Source: Leucoraja ocellata (lineage: Eukaryota). Taken from it: DNA of 64,000 nt. The position numbers and the translations under genes are program-made. The stretch is from the NCBI GenBank assembly GCA_036785375.1, contig JAWMAR010000399.1, positions 1,984,001 through 2,048,000 on the forward strand, written 5' to 3'. Shown here one piece after another: positions 1 through 12,763 of this stretch. Each line of letters starts with the position of its first letter. The first letter of the stretch is position 1. Below the pieces are notes generated by a model. That model saw nothing but the letters and a program-made list of their open reading frames with translations, did no database searches and had not been told where the DNA came from.

Positions 1-228
1 TATGTAATGGTTGGTGAGGATTGTTGGTGACTTTCCAAACTTCCTAAGCCTTTTAAGAAAGTAGTGGCGTTGGTGTGCATTCTTGGCCATTGCTTCGATG
101 TGGCTTGTCCAGGACAAATTGCTAGTGATATTTCTTCCTAAGTCCATGAAGCTTTCAATCATCTCTACTTCGGCGCGATCAATGTGTGTGCACTGTTTCT
201 TTCCTGAAGTCGATCGCAATCTCCGAAC
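1..228 (-). mobile_element. Old Rex/Babar-type LINE 3' fragment (duplicated with the block)
   Basis: Same sequence as 8958-9185 and 17643-17870, which encode the 'KAHQRHYFLKRLRKFG' C-terminal motif of Rex/Babar ORFs. Confidence 0.7.
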
Positions 229-919
229 CAGTGGCATGGACAATACTAATAATCACAAAACCTACTCCAGCAATTATTTAATGTTTTTGGACAGTCAAAC
301 TGACATTACCCATTGAAATGTAGACCAGTGGGATGACAATTTTTATTCTGGATGCTCGTGACATGATATATCTCACCAAAGCACAATTTCATGATTTAAG
401 CTTTCGAGATTTCTCGAGAAAAGCAGGGTGACAATTAATGTTTCAAATTAACAGCACAAGAACCCAGTGGGTTCATTGAATTCTGTCCTCCTGTTCACTT
501 CACTAACATAAAATCAACCGCATATTCTGAGATCAATACCCATCCCACCATCTTCATCTGCTTCATTCAGTTATTCATGTTGCTCTTTAAAACTATTAAA
601 AGACACTTTTTGTTCCCATCATGCAGTGAGAAACAATTTCTCTAATCTTCCACACTTACCATTTTTTCAAACAACCTCCCCCATCTCGTCCACCCTCAGT
701 TTTCCTTCCAATTGTGCGGTCCCAACTGCTGTAAAGTGTAATATGGCCCCATTTTTTTTCCAATAAAGAATGGGAATATAACACTTCAACAGCAAGGGGA
801 GAGCATTAAAATCATGGAATGGGCAAAATGTAGATCCTTCAGGGCATAGCAACTGCTTTACTCCACTCTCTAATGGCAGATTAGTTTCAAAATTACATCT
901 TAAACTGTTTCCTCTCCAG

Positions 920-932
920 AGTCAACAACATT
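920..932 (+). pseudogene. Decayed micro-exon (13 nt; 14-nt deletion relative to 18561-18587)
   Basis: ctctccag|AGTCAACAACATT|gtatgg versus the 27-nt paralogues. Confidence 0.6.
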
Positions 933-1045
933 GTATGGACATCAGCAGTTGAGATTGATGACTGGACAAATAGTTGTTTGCTTTATATGTAATGAGATTG
1001 ATTCTACAATCCTTGCACTCATATCTTCAATTGTATCCCTTCCAG

Positions 1046-1075
1046 AGTCAACAACGTCAACCACATCAACCACAG
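1046..1075 (+). CDS. Mucin-like micro-exon, 30 nt, (E)STTSTTSTT
   Basis: tcccttccag|AGTCAACAACGTCAACCACATCAACCACAG|gtatga. Confidence 0.8.
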
Positions 1076-1127
1076 GTATGATTATAAACCCATCTCTTCA
1101 CCTCTGTTCCCATTATTCCAGGGGGAA

Positions 1128-3197
1128 AGTAAGTAAGTAAGTAAGTAAGTTAGTTTATTGGCCAAATATTCACATACAAGGAATTTGCCTTGGTGCTTCG
1201 CCACAAGTAACAACATGGCATACAGTGACAGTAACGAATGACTCAGAAAACACTAAACTGTTTTTATGTCTGGCTGTGGCAGCTTTGACAGTCTAGAGTC
1301 GCCTTCCAGAGGGAAGTGATTCATAGAGTTTGTGGCTAGGGTGAGAGAGGGCAGAGATGATCTTGCCCGCTCGCTTCCAGGCCCTTGCAGTGTACAGTTC
1401 ATTATGGAGGTAATGTTGCAGCCAATAACCTTCTCTGCTGATTGGACGATTCGCTGCAGCCTCCATGTGTCGTGCTTGGTGGCTGAGCCAAACCAGACCA
1501 TGATGGAGAAGGTGAGAACAGACTCTACGATGGCCATGTAGAATTGGACCATCATTACCTGTGGCAGGTTGTGCTTCCTCAGCTGCCGTAGGAAGTACAT
1601 CCTCTGTTGTACCTTTTTGACTGTGCAGTCAATGGTAGCCCCCCATTTAAGGCCCTTGGAGATGATGGTTCCCAGGAACTTAAAAGACTCCACAGATGTA
1701 ACTGTGGTGTTGTTGATGGTGAGTGGGGTGGGGGAAGGGGGAGCTTTCCCAAAGTATACAGTTATTCCACTGTCTTAGGAGCATTGAGCTGCAGGTTGTT
1801 GCTACGGCAGCAGGACACCAGCTGTGACACTTCCTGTCTGTAGACAGATTCCTCCCCATCGTGGATCAGTCCAATCAGGGTTGTGTCGTCCGCAAACTTG
1901 AGAAGCTTGACAGAGGATTCTGTGGAGGTGCAGTCGTTGGTGTAGAGAGAGAAGAGGAGAGGAGAGAGTACGCAGCCTTGCGGTGCTCCTATGCTGAGTG
2001 TTTGCGGGTCCGAGATGTGCTTTCCAAGTCTCACATGCTGCTTCCTGTCTGACAGGAAGCTGGTGATCCACTGACAGAGGGGTTCAGGCACAGTCAACTT
2101 GGAAAGTTTGTGTTCTGGCACAATGATGTTGAATGCAGAGCTAAAATCAACAAACAGAATCCCCGCATAGGTCCCCTGGCGGTCTAGGTGCTGGAGGATG
2201 AAGTGCAGGCCCAGGTTGACTGCATCATCCACAGATCTATTGGCCCGATATGTAAACTGCAGGGGGTCCAGCAGGGGGTTTGTGATATTTTTCAGCTTGG
2301 CCAGCACAAGCCTTTCGAGTGTCTTCATGACTACAGACATCAGTGCGATAGACCTGTAGTCATTAAGACAAAGAATTCTTGCCTTTTTGGGTACAGGGAC
2401 AATAGTGGAGACTTTGAAGCAGGCAGGGGCAGTACATGTTTGCTGGGACTGGTTAAAAATATCTGTATAGACCGGTGCCCTCTGTTTGACACAGAGCTTA
2501 AGAGTAGAGGGGGAAACATTGTCAGGTCTTGGAGATTTCCGGTTCGTTTTCCCCCTCAAAAGCCTCTCCACCTCCTCTATTTTTAGTGTTGATATTGGAT
2601 AAGTGATGTTGAGCATCATAGAGGGTGTGGGTGATTGGGTGTGAAGTGGTGATTGGAGGGGGGTGGGTACAGAAGGGCCCAGTCTTTGCAGACTGAGGTC
2701 AGGCTGTGAGTGTGTGTGAAGTGTTGGTTGGGGTGGGAAATGGTCCAGTCTTTTCATACTGGAATCTTGCCTTAAGTAGCTGTGAAGTGGTGAATGGGAA
2801 GGAAAGGGTGCAGGGACCATTCTTTGTAGACTGGTGTCTGGCTGTGTTGGTTGGGGAGGGAGTACCAGAGTTATGTTTCTGATTTTCAAACCTGCAGGGA
2901 AACTCATTCAGGTCATTGGTCAGCTGATGATTGTCCAAAGAGCGGAGGGCCTTCCTCTTGTAGCTGGTAATTTCTTGCAAGCCCTTCAAACTGGAGAAGA
3001 GTCATTAGCTGAGAACTTGTTCCTCAACTTCTCAGAGTACCCTTCCTTGGCAGCTCTGATTCCTCTTCTCAGCGTGTACTTGGCCTGCCTGTAGCGGTCT
3101 GCATCTCTGCTCATGTAGGCCTTCTCTTTAGACCGTCGGAGCTGTCTGAGTTCTGCAGTGAACCGGGGCTTGTTGTTGTTGAACAATGTCCTGGTCT
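1128..3197 (-). mobile_element. Rex/Babar-type LINE, 5'-truncated, frameshifted
   Basis: RT motifs ([24 protein letters not shown]) in ORF 1762-2907; C-terminal QQRMYFLRQLRK in 1253-1693; (ACTT)n 3' tail. Confidence 0.9.
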
Positions 3198-3731
3198 CTG
3201 ATAATGGATTCCATTGGCAAGGGATGTCCGATCACCTTTGTGAATAGGAGGGAAGAGTGACCCGTCTTGTGATATCCCATTCGAAATGGGTTGGATTCAG
3301 AAGACACAACAGCTCTGCGAAGTGCTGTGGAGCATCAGCTGCAGCAGAATCATTCCCTGAGTGTCTCACTTCACAAATCACTCTCACACTCATGGGGACT
3401 GAATCTGGGTCCCAACTGGGCTAACCCGACGAAACTGCAGCATGTGTGCCACATGGGAAATGCTGCTGGCAGGCGATGGGGCAAATGATCCCACAAACAA
3501 TAGATCAGATCAAAGCTCAGAAAACTCACCACAACCCATCAGGAATTATGACGGACATCGATCACGTGCTTCTCAAAATGCGTTAGGAATGCTTGCATCG
3601 GATGGAGTGCAGCCAGGCAAAGGAGGTCAGAATGGGCGATAAATGCCGGTCTTGCCAGAGTGGCCACATCTCCTAAACCAATAAACACTCGATGGTTTTA
3701 TTCTCATTGTTTATTCCCAATTGTGTTTCAG

Positions 3732-3755
3732 AAATTTTCGTTGACTATCTATTTA
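3732..3755 (+). CDS. Non-PTS spacer micro-exon, 24 nt, (E)IFVDYLF
   Basis: gtgtttcag|AAATTTTCGTTGACTATCTATTTA|gtaagt; phase 1-1; paralogues at 11380 and 48897. Confidence 0.6.
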
Positions 3756-4370
3756 GTAAGTACGATTAATTTTACTTTGTCCATGTAAAGCTAATTATTA
3801 AACTTGCAATTAGATTCAGCTGTTCAGCAACAGATGCTTCCCACAGATTATTACTAAGTTCATTTTAAAAGATGAGAGGCTTGGTCTTTAGTACAAGATC
3901 ATTACAATACAGGAGTATAGATTACTTACGGCAATTAGGCACCATCTTAATGACACCAAATCACGAGTATTGTACACAATTTTGATCTCCAGGCTCCAAA
4001 ACGGATATGATTCTGCAGAATGAAGGGAAGATTAACCAGACCTGGTGATTATAAATATGAGGATAGTAGAGAGGAGGAATGAAAGTTGTCAACACATTAA
4101 ATTCTTGGAGGGCTGGACAGGCTAGATTTGTGAAGGATATTTCCAGGGGCTCAGTAGCTTACACTATGACATCACAGACTCAGAATGAGTGGTTATGTCA
4201 TTAAGATCAGAACGATTAGCACTTTTCAGTCAGAAGGTAATAATTTAAAACCCTGATCTTTAAACTTTGCCATGTTACCAATTTCTCTTTATATGGGGAA
4301 ATGATTGAAAAATGCTGTTTGCATATACGATTGGATCGTACACTGGAGCAGGTTCAATGGCCAATACTCA

Positions 4371-4668
4371 TTTAGTTTAGTTTAGAGATACAGTGTGAAA
4401 ACAAGCCATTCAGCCTATCGAGTCCATGCCGACTAGCGATCGCTCCGTACACTAGTACTATCCTGCACACTAGGAACAATTTACAATTATACCAAACCAA
4501 TTAACCCACAAACCTCTACATCTTTGGACTATGGGAGGAAACCGGGGATCCCGGAGTAAACTCACGCAGGTCACGGGGAGAACGTATAACTTCCATACAG
4601 ACAGCTCCCGTAGTCAGGATCAAACTCATGTCTCTGGTGCTGTAAGGCAGCAACTCCACTGCTGCGCC
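4371..4668 (-). mobile_element. tRNA-derived HE1/V-SINE-like element
   Basis: Core 'tgggaggaaaccgg...ggtcacggggagaacgt...acagacagc' and (CTAAA)n tail on the minus strand. Confidence 0.75.
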
Positions 4669-4944
4669 CTTACTACTCATCTTCCTTCTTATTTCCTTAC
4701 ATTCTACTTTCCCCAGTGGAAGTCATTACATGTAAATTACTTCCACTGACCGACAACAATAATCCCATTTCACAGGTCATGTACATATTCCTGATAGCTG
4801 AAATGAACAGCGTGTCTACACTGTAAAACCAACAGCCTCCCCACTTTGCCACAGTTTCACCCAACATACCAATTCTGGTCTCTCTCCAGCAGATAATATC
4901 AGAGTGCCAGATACAACGGTTGTATGCATCCACATGAAGTCAAG

Positions 4945-6700
4945 AGTCATACAGCATGGAAACAGGACTGTCAGCACAACTAGTCCATACCGACCAACAT
5001 GTCCCATCTACACTAGTCCCACCTGCCTGTGTTTGGCCCTTATCCCTCTAAACCTTTTCATCCATGTACCTGTTCAAATATCTTTCAAATGTTGTTATAG
5101 TACCTGCCTTAACTACCCCCTCTGGCAGCTTATTCCATTCACCCACCACCACTGACTACGGGAGCTATGTGAAAAAGTTACCCCTTAGGTTCCAATTAAA
5201 TATTTCTCCATTCACAAACCTCTGTCCTCTGGTTCTTGATTCCCTTACTCCAGGTAAAATAACTCTGTGCATCTAACCTGTGCAAGTCCTGGCAACATCC
5301 TTGTAAATCCTTTCTTTATTCTTTCCAGCTTAACAACATCTTTCCTGTAGTGACCACAACTCCATAATTTTGAATGCTTTGAATATGGACAGGTCTGGAT
5401 GTTGGGGGAAGGCACTTCATTGGGGCAAGGCAGATTACAATGTCATTAGACAGGAGCTAGGAAGGGTAGAGTGAGAGCAGTGGTTATTGGGTAGGTTCAC
5501 AAATGAGAGTGCAAGTTGTTTAAAGGCAAGCTGATCAAAGTGCAGGATCAGCATGTTCCAGTAAGGAGGAGGGATAAGGACAAGAATGTAAGGGAACCGT
5601 GGATGACCAAGGAAGTTGTTACATTGGTGAGGAAGAAAAATGAAGCTTATGTTAAGTTTGTGATGGTGGCATCAGATGAGGCTCAGGAGGAATATAAAGC
5701 GGGTGGGAAATAACTCACAGGCGATTAGAAAGGCCAAAAAGGGCCTTGGCGTATTGGATTAAGGAAAATCCCAAGGGTTTTTTAATGTATATTAAAAACA
5801 TGAGGTTGACCAGGGAGAAGGTAGAACCACTCAAGGATAAAGAAGGGAAATAATGCTTGGAATTGGAGGATGTAGGGAAAGCACTAAACTTGCATCTGTA
5901 TATACCGATACAAAGGACTCGAAGGACAGCAAGATCAATGTGTAGATATGCACACTGATGCTCACTACACAAATATGCTCGGGCAGTTTGGGATCAAAAT
6001 GTAGGTGGTGCGAGACTCTTGAAGAGCATTAAGGTGGCTAAATCCCCAGGGCTTGATTGGATTTACCCAGATTATTGAGGAAGACAAGAGAGGAGATAAT
6101 GGGGGCCTTGATGAGGATCTTTGATTCTTCTCCAGCCTCAGGTGAGATCCTGGGGTACTGGAGAGTGGTCAATGTTTTTCCTTTGTTTCTGGTGAAATAA
6201 AGAGAATACAGGGAAATCTAGGCCAGTGAGACTCACGTCAGTGGTGGGAAAACTATTCTTCAAGATAGGAATTTCTCCCATTTGGAAAAGAATGGGCTAT
6301 TTAAGGATAGCTAGCATGGCTCTGTATGGGACAGGACGTGTCTCACCAACGTGATTACATTGTTTGAGGAGACGATGAGGGAGATTGATGAAGATAGGGT
6401 GGTGGATGTTGTGAACATGGATTTTAGTAAGACTTTTCATAATGTCCCTCAAGGCTGATCTAGAAGATGATGATGTACAGGATTCATGATTCATAGATTC
6501 AAAGCTGGCTTATTCATAGAAGACGGAGGATTGTGGTGGAAGGAAATGAGTAGTGGGGGCCTGGAAGGTATTGCCCCGGGTGATGGTGGAGGCAGATACA
6601 ATAGTGGCATTGAAGTTGCTTTTTGATAGGTATGTGACAGTGCCGGGAATAGAGGAATAGAGATCATATACATGCTGATGAGAGATTATCATGTTCGGCA
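4945..6700. mobile_element. Degenerate CR1 LINE fragments in both orientations
   Basis: Minus-strand 3' end (LRGNFFTQRVV-like) at 4945-5350; plus-strand decayed ORF2 (EPWMTKEV, KSPG, DFSK-like) at 5380-6490; copy at about 13040-14790. Confidence 0.75.
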
Positions 6701-7127
6701 CAAACAAGGTTTAATGTACCGTCTGCCAGAGTTATTTCCTGCCCCCCAGTCGTTACCCATAATTTGATTAAAGCTAATAAAACAGTAGTCATTGGTCCCA
6801 AAATGCTCACTCATGAACATATCAGTAGCTTGCCCTTCCCAATTTCATAAGAGCTTTGGTCTCTCTCGTGTAGGCCCCTCTACATATTGCTTGCGGAAAC
6901 TTTTCTGAACACATATGACACATATAAAACTTTCCTGAACACATATGACAAATTCCACCCCATCTAAGTATTTTGCACAATGACAGTCCCTGTCTATTTT
7001 GAGAAAATGAAAATCACCTACCAGGCCAACCTTATTAATCTTGTTTAAGAAAGAACATACAGACATACTGATCTGTTCTGTATTTATATATGCCTACAAT
7101 ATTCTGTTGTGCTGAAAAGGTGGCCCA

Positions 7128-7480
7128 GCACTCACCTCCCCCTCCCATACCCAATCTGACCTTTCAGTCCTGGGCTTCCTCCATTGTCAAAGTGAGGCCC
7201 CGGGCACTTTGGAGGATCAGCACCTCATATTTAGCTTGGGTAGTTTACACCCTAGTGGTATGAACATTGACTTCTCTAACTTCAGTTAGCCCTTGCTCTC
7301 TCTCTTCATTTTCCCCCTTCGCGGTCCTCCCACTAGTCCCATTGTCTCCGCATACATTCTTTCCTTGTTCTACCCTCTGCCCTGCCATCAGTCTGAAGAA
7401 GGGTCTCAACCAGTAACGTCACCAATTCCTTCTCTCCATGGATGCTGCCTCACCAGTTGAGTTTCTCCAGCTTTTTGTGA
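7128..7480 (+). mobile_element. Penelope-type element 3'/pLTR remnant
   Basis: 'ggaggatcagcacctcatattt...ggtatgaacattgacttc...ctgaagaagggtctc...gatgctgcct' motif series; copy at about 15805-16165. Confidence 0.6.
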
Positions 7481-8448
7481 CCAATCTTATTAATTTTGCA
7501 CCTGCCTGCAATCTCCTGGCATATCTATTACTCTAATCCCTATTGAGTATAAGGGGGCCTGCAGTTCATTTCCAACAAGGTGATCATCCCCTTTTTAATT
7601 TTTCAACTCCACCATTTGCCTCACTAGTGGATGTCATCTTGGACGACTGCATGACATTCTCCTTAATCAATAAAGCCTCTTATATCCCCACTGCAGTATC
7701 ACCTGTACCCTGGAACATTATGCTACCAGTCCTTAAATGTCTTTCTACTGGCTTCACAATTGACATTTCCTGTTGAAAGATCTCCATATCCTGCATATAC
7801 TTGAATTCCTCGCCTTTCAGCAACTTTCACCCAACCAATTCATGACCATGTGTGAAACCAAAATATAACTATTTTTGCCAAAGTATGTAGAATATGATGA
7901 TGCATTCACAGTCCTAGATTTCAAGCCAGCACTGTCAATGGTTATGTTATAAATGGTTCAATGGGACTTTATTGTCAGATGTACCGAGGTACAGTGAAAT
8001 TGTTGATTCATAATTTACGAGGGTGACTTCCAATGGAAGTAGGAGCACAAGTAACGTTTTTTGAATATAATAAAAAGTTTTCCAGAAAATTATCAGTGGT
8101 TTGCTGATACCTATTTGTGTACAAATCTTCCTATCTTTTTCAAATCCATTCATATTCATCTCAAATTTAAGTACGTGTACAGATGGTGGGGAAGCAGTGG
8201 GAAAATTATCTTGGGAAAAGAGAGGCAGATTCAACAATTTTCTCAATATAATTGTAACCTTTTGTTTTCATGTTAGAGATTAAATGGAGGACCAAAACTA
8301 TGAAATGTTTTGAAATATTGCATAAGTGCAGCAACCATGACGAAAGACGTACAGGTCTGGTGATCTGAGGAAAGGGGTAGATTCTTGCTGAATTATTGTG
8401 AAGACATTTTACACTCCACACTGACATGGTCAATTTTCTAATTTCCAG

Positions 8449-8478
8449 CATCGGCAACAACTCCGACTTCAACACCAG
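8449..8478 (+). CDS. Mucin-like micro-exon, 30 nt, xSATTPTSTP
   Basis: ctgac branch-like motif...atttccag|CATCGGCAACAACTCCGACTTCAACACCAG|gtatgg. Confidence 0.8.
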
Positions 8479-8604
8479 GTATGGTATCAACTGGGCCACA
8501 GCAGGTTGTTATCATTCATGTACATGGACCAACAGACTGATCTTCTACAAAGCCACTGCAACGCTTGTTTTAAGACCTCTATTCCAGTCTGAGCTTCCAA
8601 CTGC

Positions 8605-9185
8605 TCCCAGAGTGTACAGATACTGGATAAAGGGTATAACATTTAGTGCAAGATAAATTCCAACAAAGTGTGCTCTCTTGCAGTTTCCCAGAAACTGTCC
8701 CTGAATATGGAAATATCATTTTCAAACTTCTGTACCTCTTGACTAATGGGAGAGAGACCAGGGTGAGACAGATCCTTGATTTTGCTGGTGGCCTTGCCGA
8801 AGCAGTGTGAAGGGTAAAAGGAGACACTGGAAGGGAGGTTGGTTTGTTTGATGGTCACAGTTATTTCCACTATTCTCTGCAATTTCTTGCGGTTTTAGAT
8901 GGAACTGTTCGCAAACCATGCTGTGAGGCATCCCGATAAAATGCGTTCCAAGGCGCATATGTAATGGTTGGTGAGGATTGTTGGTGACTTTCCAAACTTC
9001 CTAAGCCTTTTAAGAAAGTAGTGGCATTGGTGTGCATTCTTGGCCATTGCTTCGATGTGGCTGGTCCAGGACAAATTGCTAGTGATATTTCTTCCTAAGT
9101 CCATGAAGCTTTCAATCATCTCTACTTCGGCGCGATCAATGTGTGTGCAATGTTTCTTTCCTGAAGTCGATCGCAATCTCCGAAC
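8605..9185 (-). mobile_element. Old Rex/Babar-type LINE 3' fragment
   Basis: ORF 8895-9200 with the LSWTSHI...HYFLKRLRKFG motif. Confidence 0.75.
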
Positions 9186-9515
9186 CAGCGGCAAGGACAA
9201 TACTAATAATCACAAAACCTACTCCAGCAATTATTTAATGTTTTTGGACAGTCAAACTAACATTACCCATTGAAATGTAGACCAGTTGGATGACAATTTT
9301 TATTCTGGATGCTCGTGACATGATATATCTCATCAAAGCACAATTTCATGATTTAAGCTTTCGAGATTTCTCGAGAAAAGCAGGGTGACAATTAATGTTC
9401 CAAATTAACAGCACAAGAACCCATTGGATGACTGGACAAAAAGTTGTTTGCTTTATATGTAATGAGATTGATTCTACAATCCTTGCACTCATATCTTCAA
9501 TTGTACCCCTTCCAG

Positions 9516-9545
9516 AGCAAACAACGTCAACCACATCAACCACAG
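9516..9545 (+). CDS. Mucin-like micro-exon, 30 nt, (E)QTTSTTSTT
   Basis: cccttccag|AGCAAACAACGTCAACCACATCAACCACAG|gtatga. Confidence 0.8.
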
Positions 9546-9596
9546 GTATGATCATAACCCCATCTCTTCACCTCTGTTCCCATTATTCCAGGGGGA

Positions 9597-10845
9597 AAGT
9601 AAGTAAGTAAGTAAGTTAGTTTATTGGTCAAGTATTCACATACAAGGAATTTGCCTTGGTGCTCTGCCCACAAGTAACAACATGGCATACAGTGACAGTT
9701 ACGAATGACTCAGAAAACACTGAACATTAATAATAATAAAACATTTATGATAAAACACCATTGATCAAGCATGTGAACCAACAAAATACAGATCAAATGG
9801 AGGCTACAGATTTTGGCTGTTGAATAGAGCAACTACTCGAGGATAAAAACTGTTTTTATGTCTGGCTGTGGCAGCTTTGACAGTCTAGAGTCGCCTTCCA
9901 GAGGGAAGTGATTCATAGAGTTTGTGGCGAGGGTGAGAGAGGGCAGAGATGATCGTGCCCGCTCCCTTCCAGGCCCTTGCAGTGTACAGTTCATTATGGA
10001 GGTAATGTTGCAGCCAATAACCTTCTCTGCTGATCGGACGATTCGCTGCAGCCTCCATGTGTCGTGCTTGGTGGCTGAGCCAAACCAGCCCATGATGGAG
10101 AAGGTGAGAACAGACTCTGTATAGACCTACATGTTTACACAGAGCTTAAGAGTAGAGGGGGAAACATTGTCAGGTCTTGGAGATTTCCGGTTCTTTTTTC
10201 CCCTGAAAAGCCTCTCCACCTCCTCTATTTTTAGTGTTGATATTGGATAAGTGATGTTGTGCATCATAGAGGGTGAGGGTGATTGGGTGTGAAGTGGTGA
10301 TTGGACGGGGGTGGGTACAGAAGGGCCCAGTCTTTGCAGACTGAGGTCAGGCTGTGAGTGTGTGTGAAGTGTTGGTTGGGGTGGGAAATGGTCCAGTCTT
10401 TTCATACTGGAATCTTGCCTTAAGTAGGTGTGAAGTGGTGAATGGGAAGGACAGGGTGCAGGGACCATTCTTTGTAGACTGGTGTCTGGCTGTGTTGGTT
10501 GGGGAGGGAGTACCAGAGTTATGTTTCTGATTTTCAAACCTGCAGGGAAACTCATTCAGGTCGTTGGTCAGCTGACGATTGTCCAAAGAGCGGGGGGCCT
10601 TCCTCTTGTAGCTGGTAATTTCTTGCAAGCCCTTCAAACTGGAGAAGAGTCATTAGCTGAGAACTTGTTCCTCAACTTCTCAGAGTACCCTTCCTTGGCA
10701 GCTCTGATTCCTCTTCTCAGCTTATACTTGGCCTGCCTGTAGAGGTCTGCATCCCTGCTCATGTAGGCCTTCTCTTTAGACCGTCGGAGCTGTCTGAGTT
10801 CTGCAGTGAACCGGGGCTTGTTGTTGTTGAACAATGTCCTGGTCT
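9597..10845 (-). mobile_element. Rex/Babar-type LINE paralogue with the RT core deleted
   Basis: Same insertion site and tail as the 1128 copy; internal deletion junction near 10117. Confidence 0.9.
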
Positions 10846-11379
10846 CTGATAATGGATTCCATTGGCAAGGGATGTCCGATCACCTTTGTGAATAGGAGGG
10901 AAGAGGGACCCGTTTTGTGAGATCCCATTCGAAATGGGTTGGATTCAGAAGACACAACAGCTCTGTGAAGTGCTGTGGAGCATCAGCTGCAGCAGAATCA
11001 TTCCCTGAGTGTCTCACCTCACAAATCACTCCTACACTCATGGGGACTGAATCTGGGTCCCAACTGGGCTAAACCGACGAAACTGCAGCATGTGTGCCAC
11101 ATGGGAAATGCTGCTGGCAGGCGATGGGGCAAATGATCCCACAAACAATAGATCAGATCAAAGCTCAGAAAACTCACCACAACCCATCAGGAATTATGAC
11201 GGACATCGATTACGTGCTTCTCAAAATGCGTTAGGAATGCTTGCATCGGATGGAGTGCAGCCAGGCAAAGGAGGTCAGAATGGGCGATAAATGCCGGTCT
11301 TGCCAGAGTGGCCACATCTCCTAAACCAATAAACATTCGATAGTTTTATTCTCATTGTTTATTCCCAATTGTGTTTCAG

Positions 11380-11406
11380 AAATTGTTGTCGTAGACTATC
11401 TATCTA
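11380..11406 (+). CDS. Non-PTS spacer micro-exon, 27 nt, (E)IVVVDYLS
   Basis: gtgtttcag|AAATTGTTGTCGTAGACTATCTATCTA|gtaagt. Confidence 0.6.
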
Positions 11407-12033
11407 GTAAGTACGATTAATTTTACTTTGTCCGTGTAAAGCTAATTATTAAACTTGCAATTAGATTCAGCTGTTCAGCAACAGATGCTTCCCACAGCTT
11501 ATTACTAAGTTCATTTTAAAAGATGAGAGGCTTGGTCTTTAGTACAAGATCATTACAATACAGGAGTATAGATTACTTACGGCAATTAGGCACCATCTTA
11601 ATGACACCAAATCACGAGTATTGTACACAATTTTGATCTCCAGGCTCCAAGACGGATATGATTCTGCAGAATGAAGGGAAGATTAACCAGACCTGGTGAT
11701 TATAAATATGAGGAGAGTAGAGAGGAGGAATGAAAGTTGTCAACACATTAAATTCTTGGAGGGCTGGACAGGCTAGATTTGTGAAGGATATTTCCAGGGC
11801 TTTCCAGGGCTTCTCAGTAGCGTACACTATGACATCACAGACTCAGAATGAGTGGTTATGTCATTAAGATCAGAATGATTAGCACTTTTCAGTCAGAAGG
11901 TAATAATTTAAAACCCTGATCTATAAACTTTGCCATGTTACCAATTTCTCTTTATATGGGGAAATGATTGAAAAATGCTGTTTGCATATACGAATGTATC
12001 GTACACTGGAGCAGGTTCAATGGCCAATATTCA

Positions 12034-12763
12034 TTTAGTTTAGTTTAGAGATACAGTGTGTAAACAAGCCATTCAGCCTATCGAGTCCATGCCGACTAGC
12101 GATCGCTCCGTACACTAGTACTGTTAGTGCTTTAATCTTTGGAGCGCAGAAGGTTAAGGGGGGACTTGATAGAGGTTTTTAAAATGATGAGAGGGATAGA
12201 CAGAGTTGACGTGGAAAAGCTTTTCCCACTGAGAGTAGGGAAGATTCAAACAAGGGGACATGACATGAGAATTAAGGGACTGAAGTTTAGGGGTAACATG
12301 AGGGGGAACGTCTTTACTCAGAGAGTGGTAGCTGTGTGGAATGAGCTTCCAGTGAAGGTGGTGGAGGCAGGTTCTTTTTTATCATTTTAAAATAAATTGG
12401 ATAGTTATACGGATGGGAAGGGAATGGAGGGTTATGGTCTGAGCGCAGGTATATGGGACTAGGGGAGATTATGTGTTCGGCACGGACTAGAAGGGTCGAG
12501 ATGGCCTGTTTCCGTGCTGTAATTGTTATATGGTTATATGGTTATATGGTTACTATCCTGCACTCTAGGAACAATTTACAATTATACCAAAAAAATTAAC
12601 CCACAAACCTCTACATCTTTGGACTATGGGAGGAAACCGGGGATCCCGGAGTAAACTCACGTAGGTCACGGGGAGAACGTATAACTTCCATACAGACAGC
12701 TCCCGTAGTCAGGATCAAACTCGTGTCTCTGGTGCTGTAAGGCAGCAACTCCACTGCTGCGCC
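12034..12763 (-). mobile_element. HE1/V-SINE-like copy interrupted by a CR1 3' fragment
   Basis: Paralogue of 4371-4668, split at 12123-12551. Confidence 0.75.
12123..12551 (+). mobile_element. 5'-truncated CR1 LINE, unit-specific insertion
   Basis: ORF 12139-12390 (ERRRLRGDLIEVFK...FTQRVV); (TTATATGG)n tail; short TACT duplication; absent from unit 1. Confidence 0.85.

Noticed and set aside
931-1140. Short ORFs containing Thr-rich runs (e.g. 931-1140, 9395-9610, 18586-18795, 24829-25143) as standalone genes
   Set aside because: The Thr-rich part is exactly the AG/GT-bounded micro-exon; the rest is read-through into intron
3200-3690. Possible globular-domain exon next to the Rex 5' end
   Set aside because: No Cys pattern or splice-bounded open frame recognised; ends in an old SINE-like tail (gggcgataaatgccggtcttgccag)
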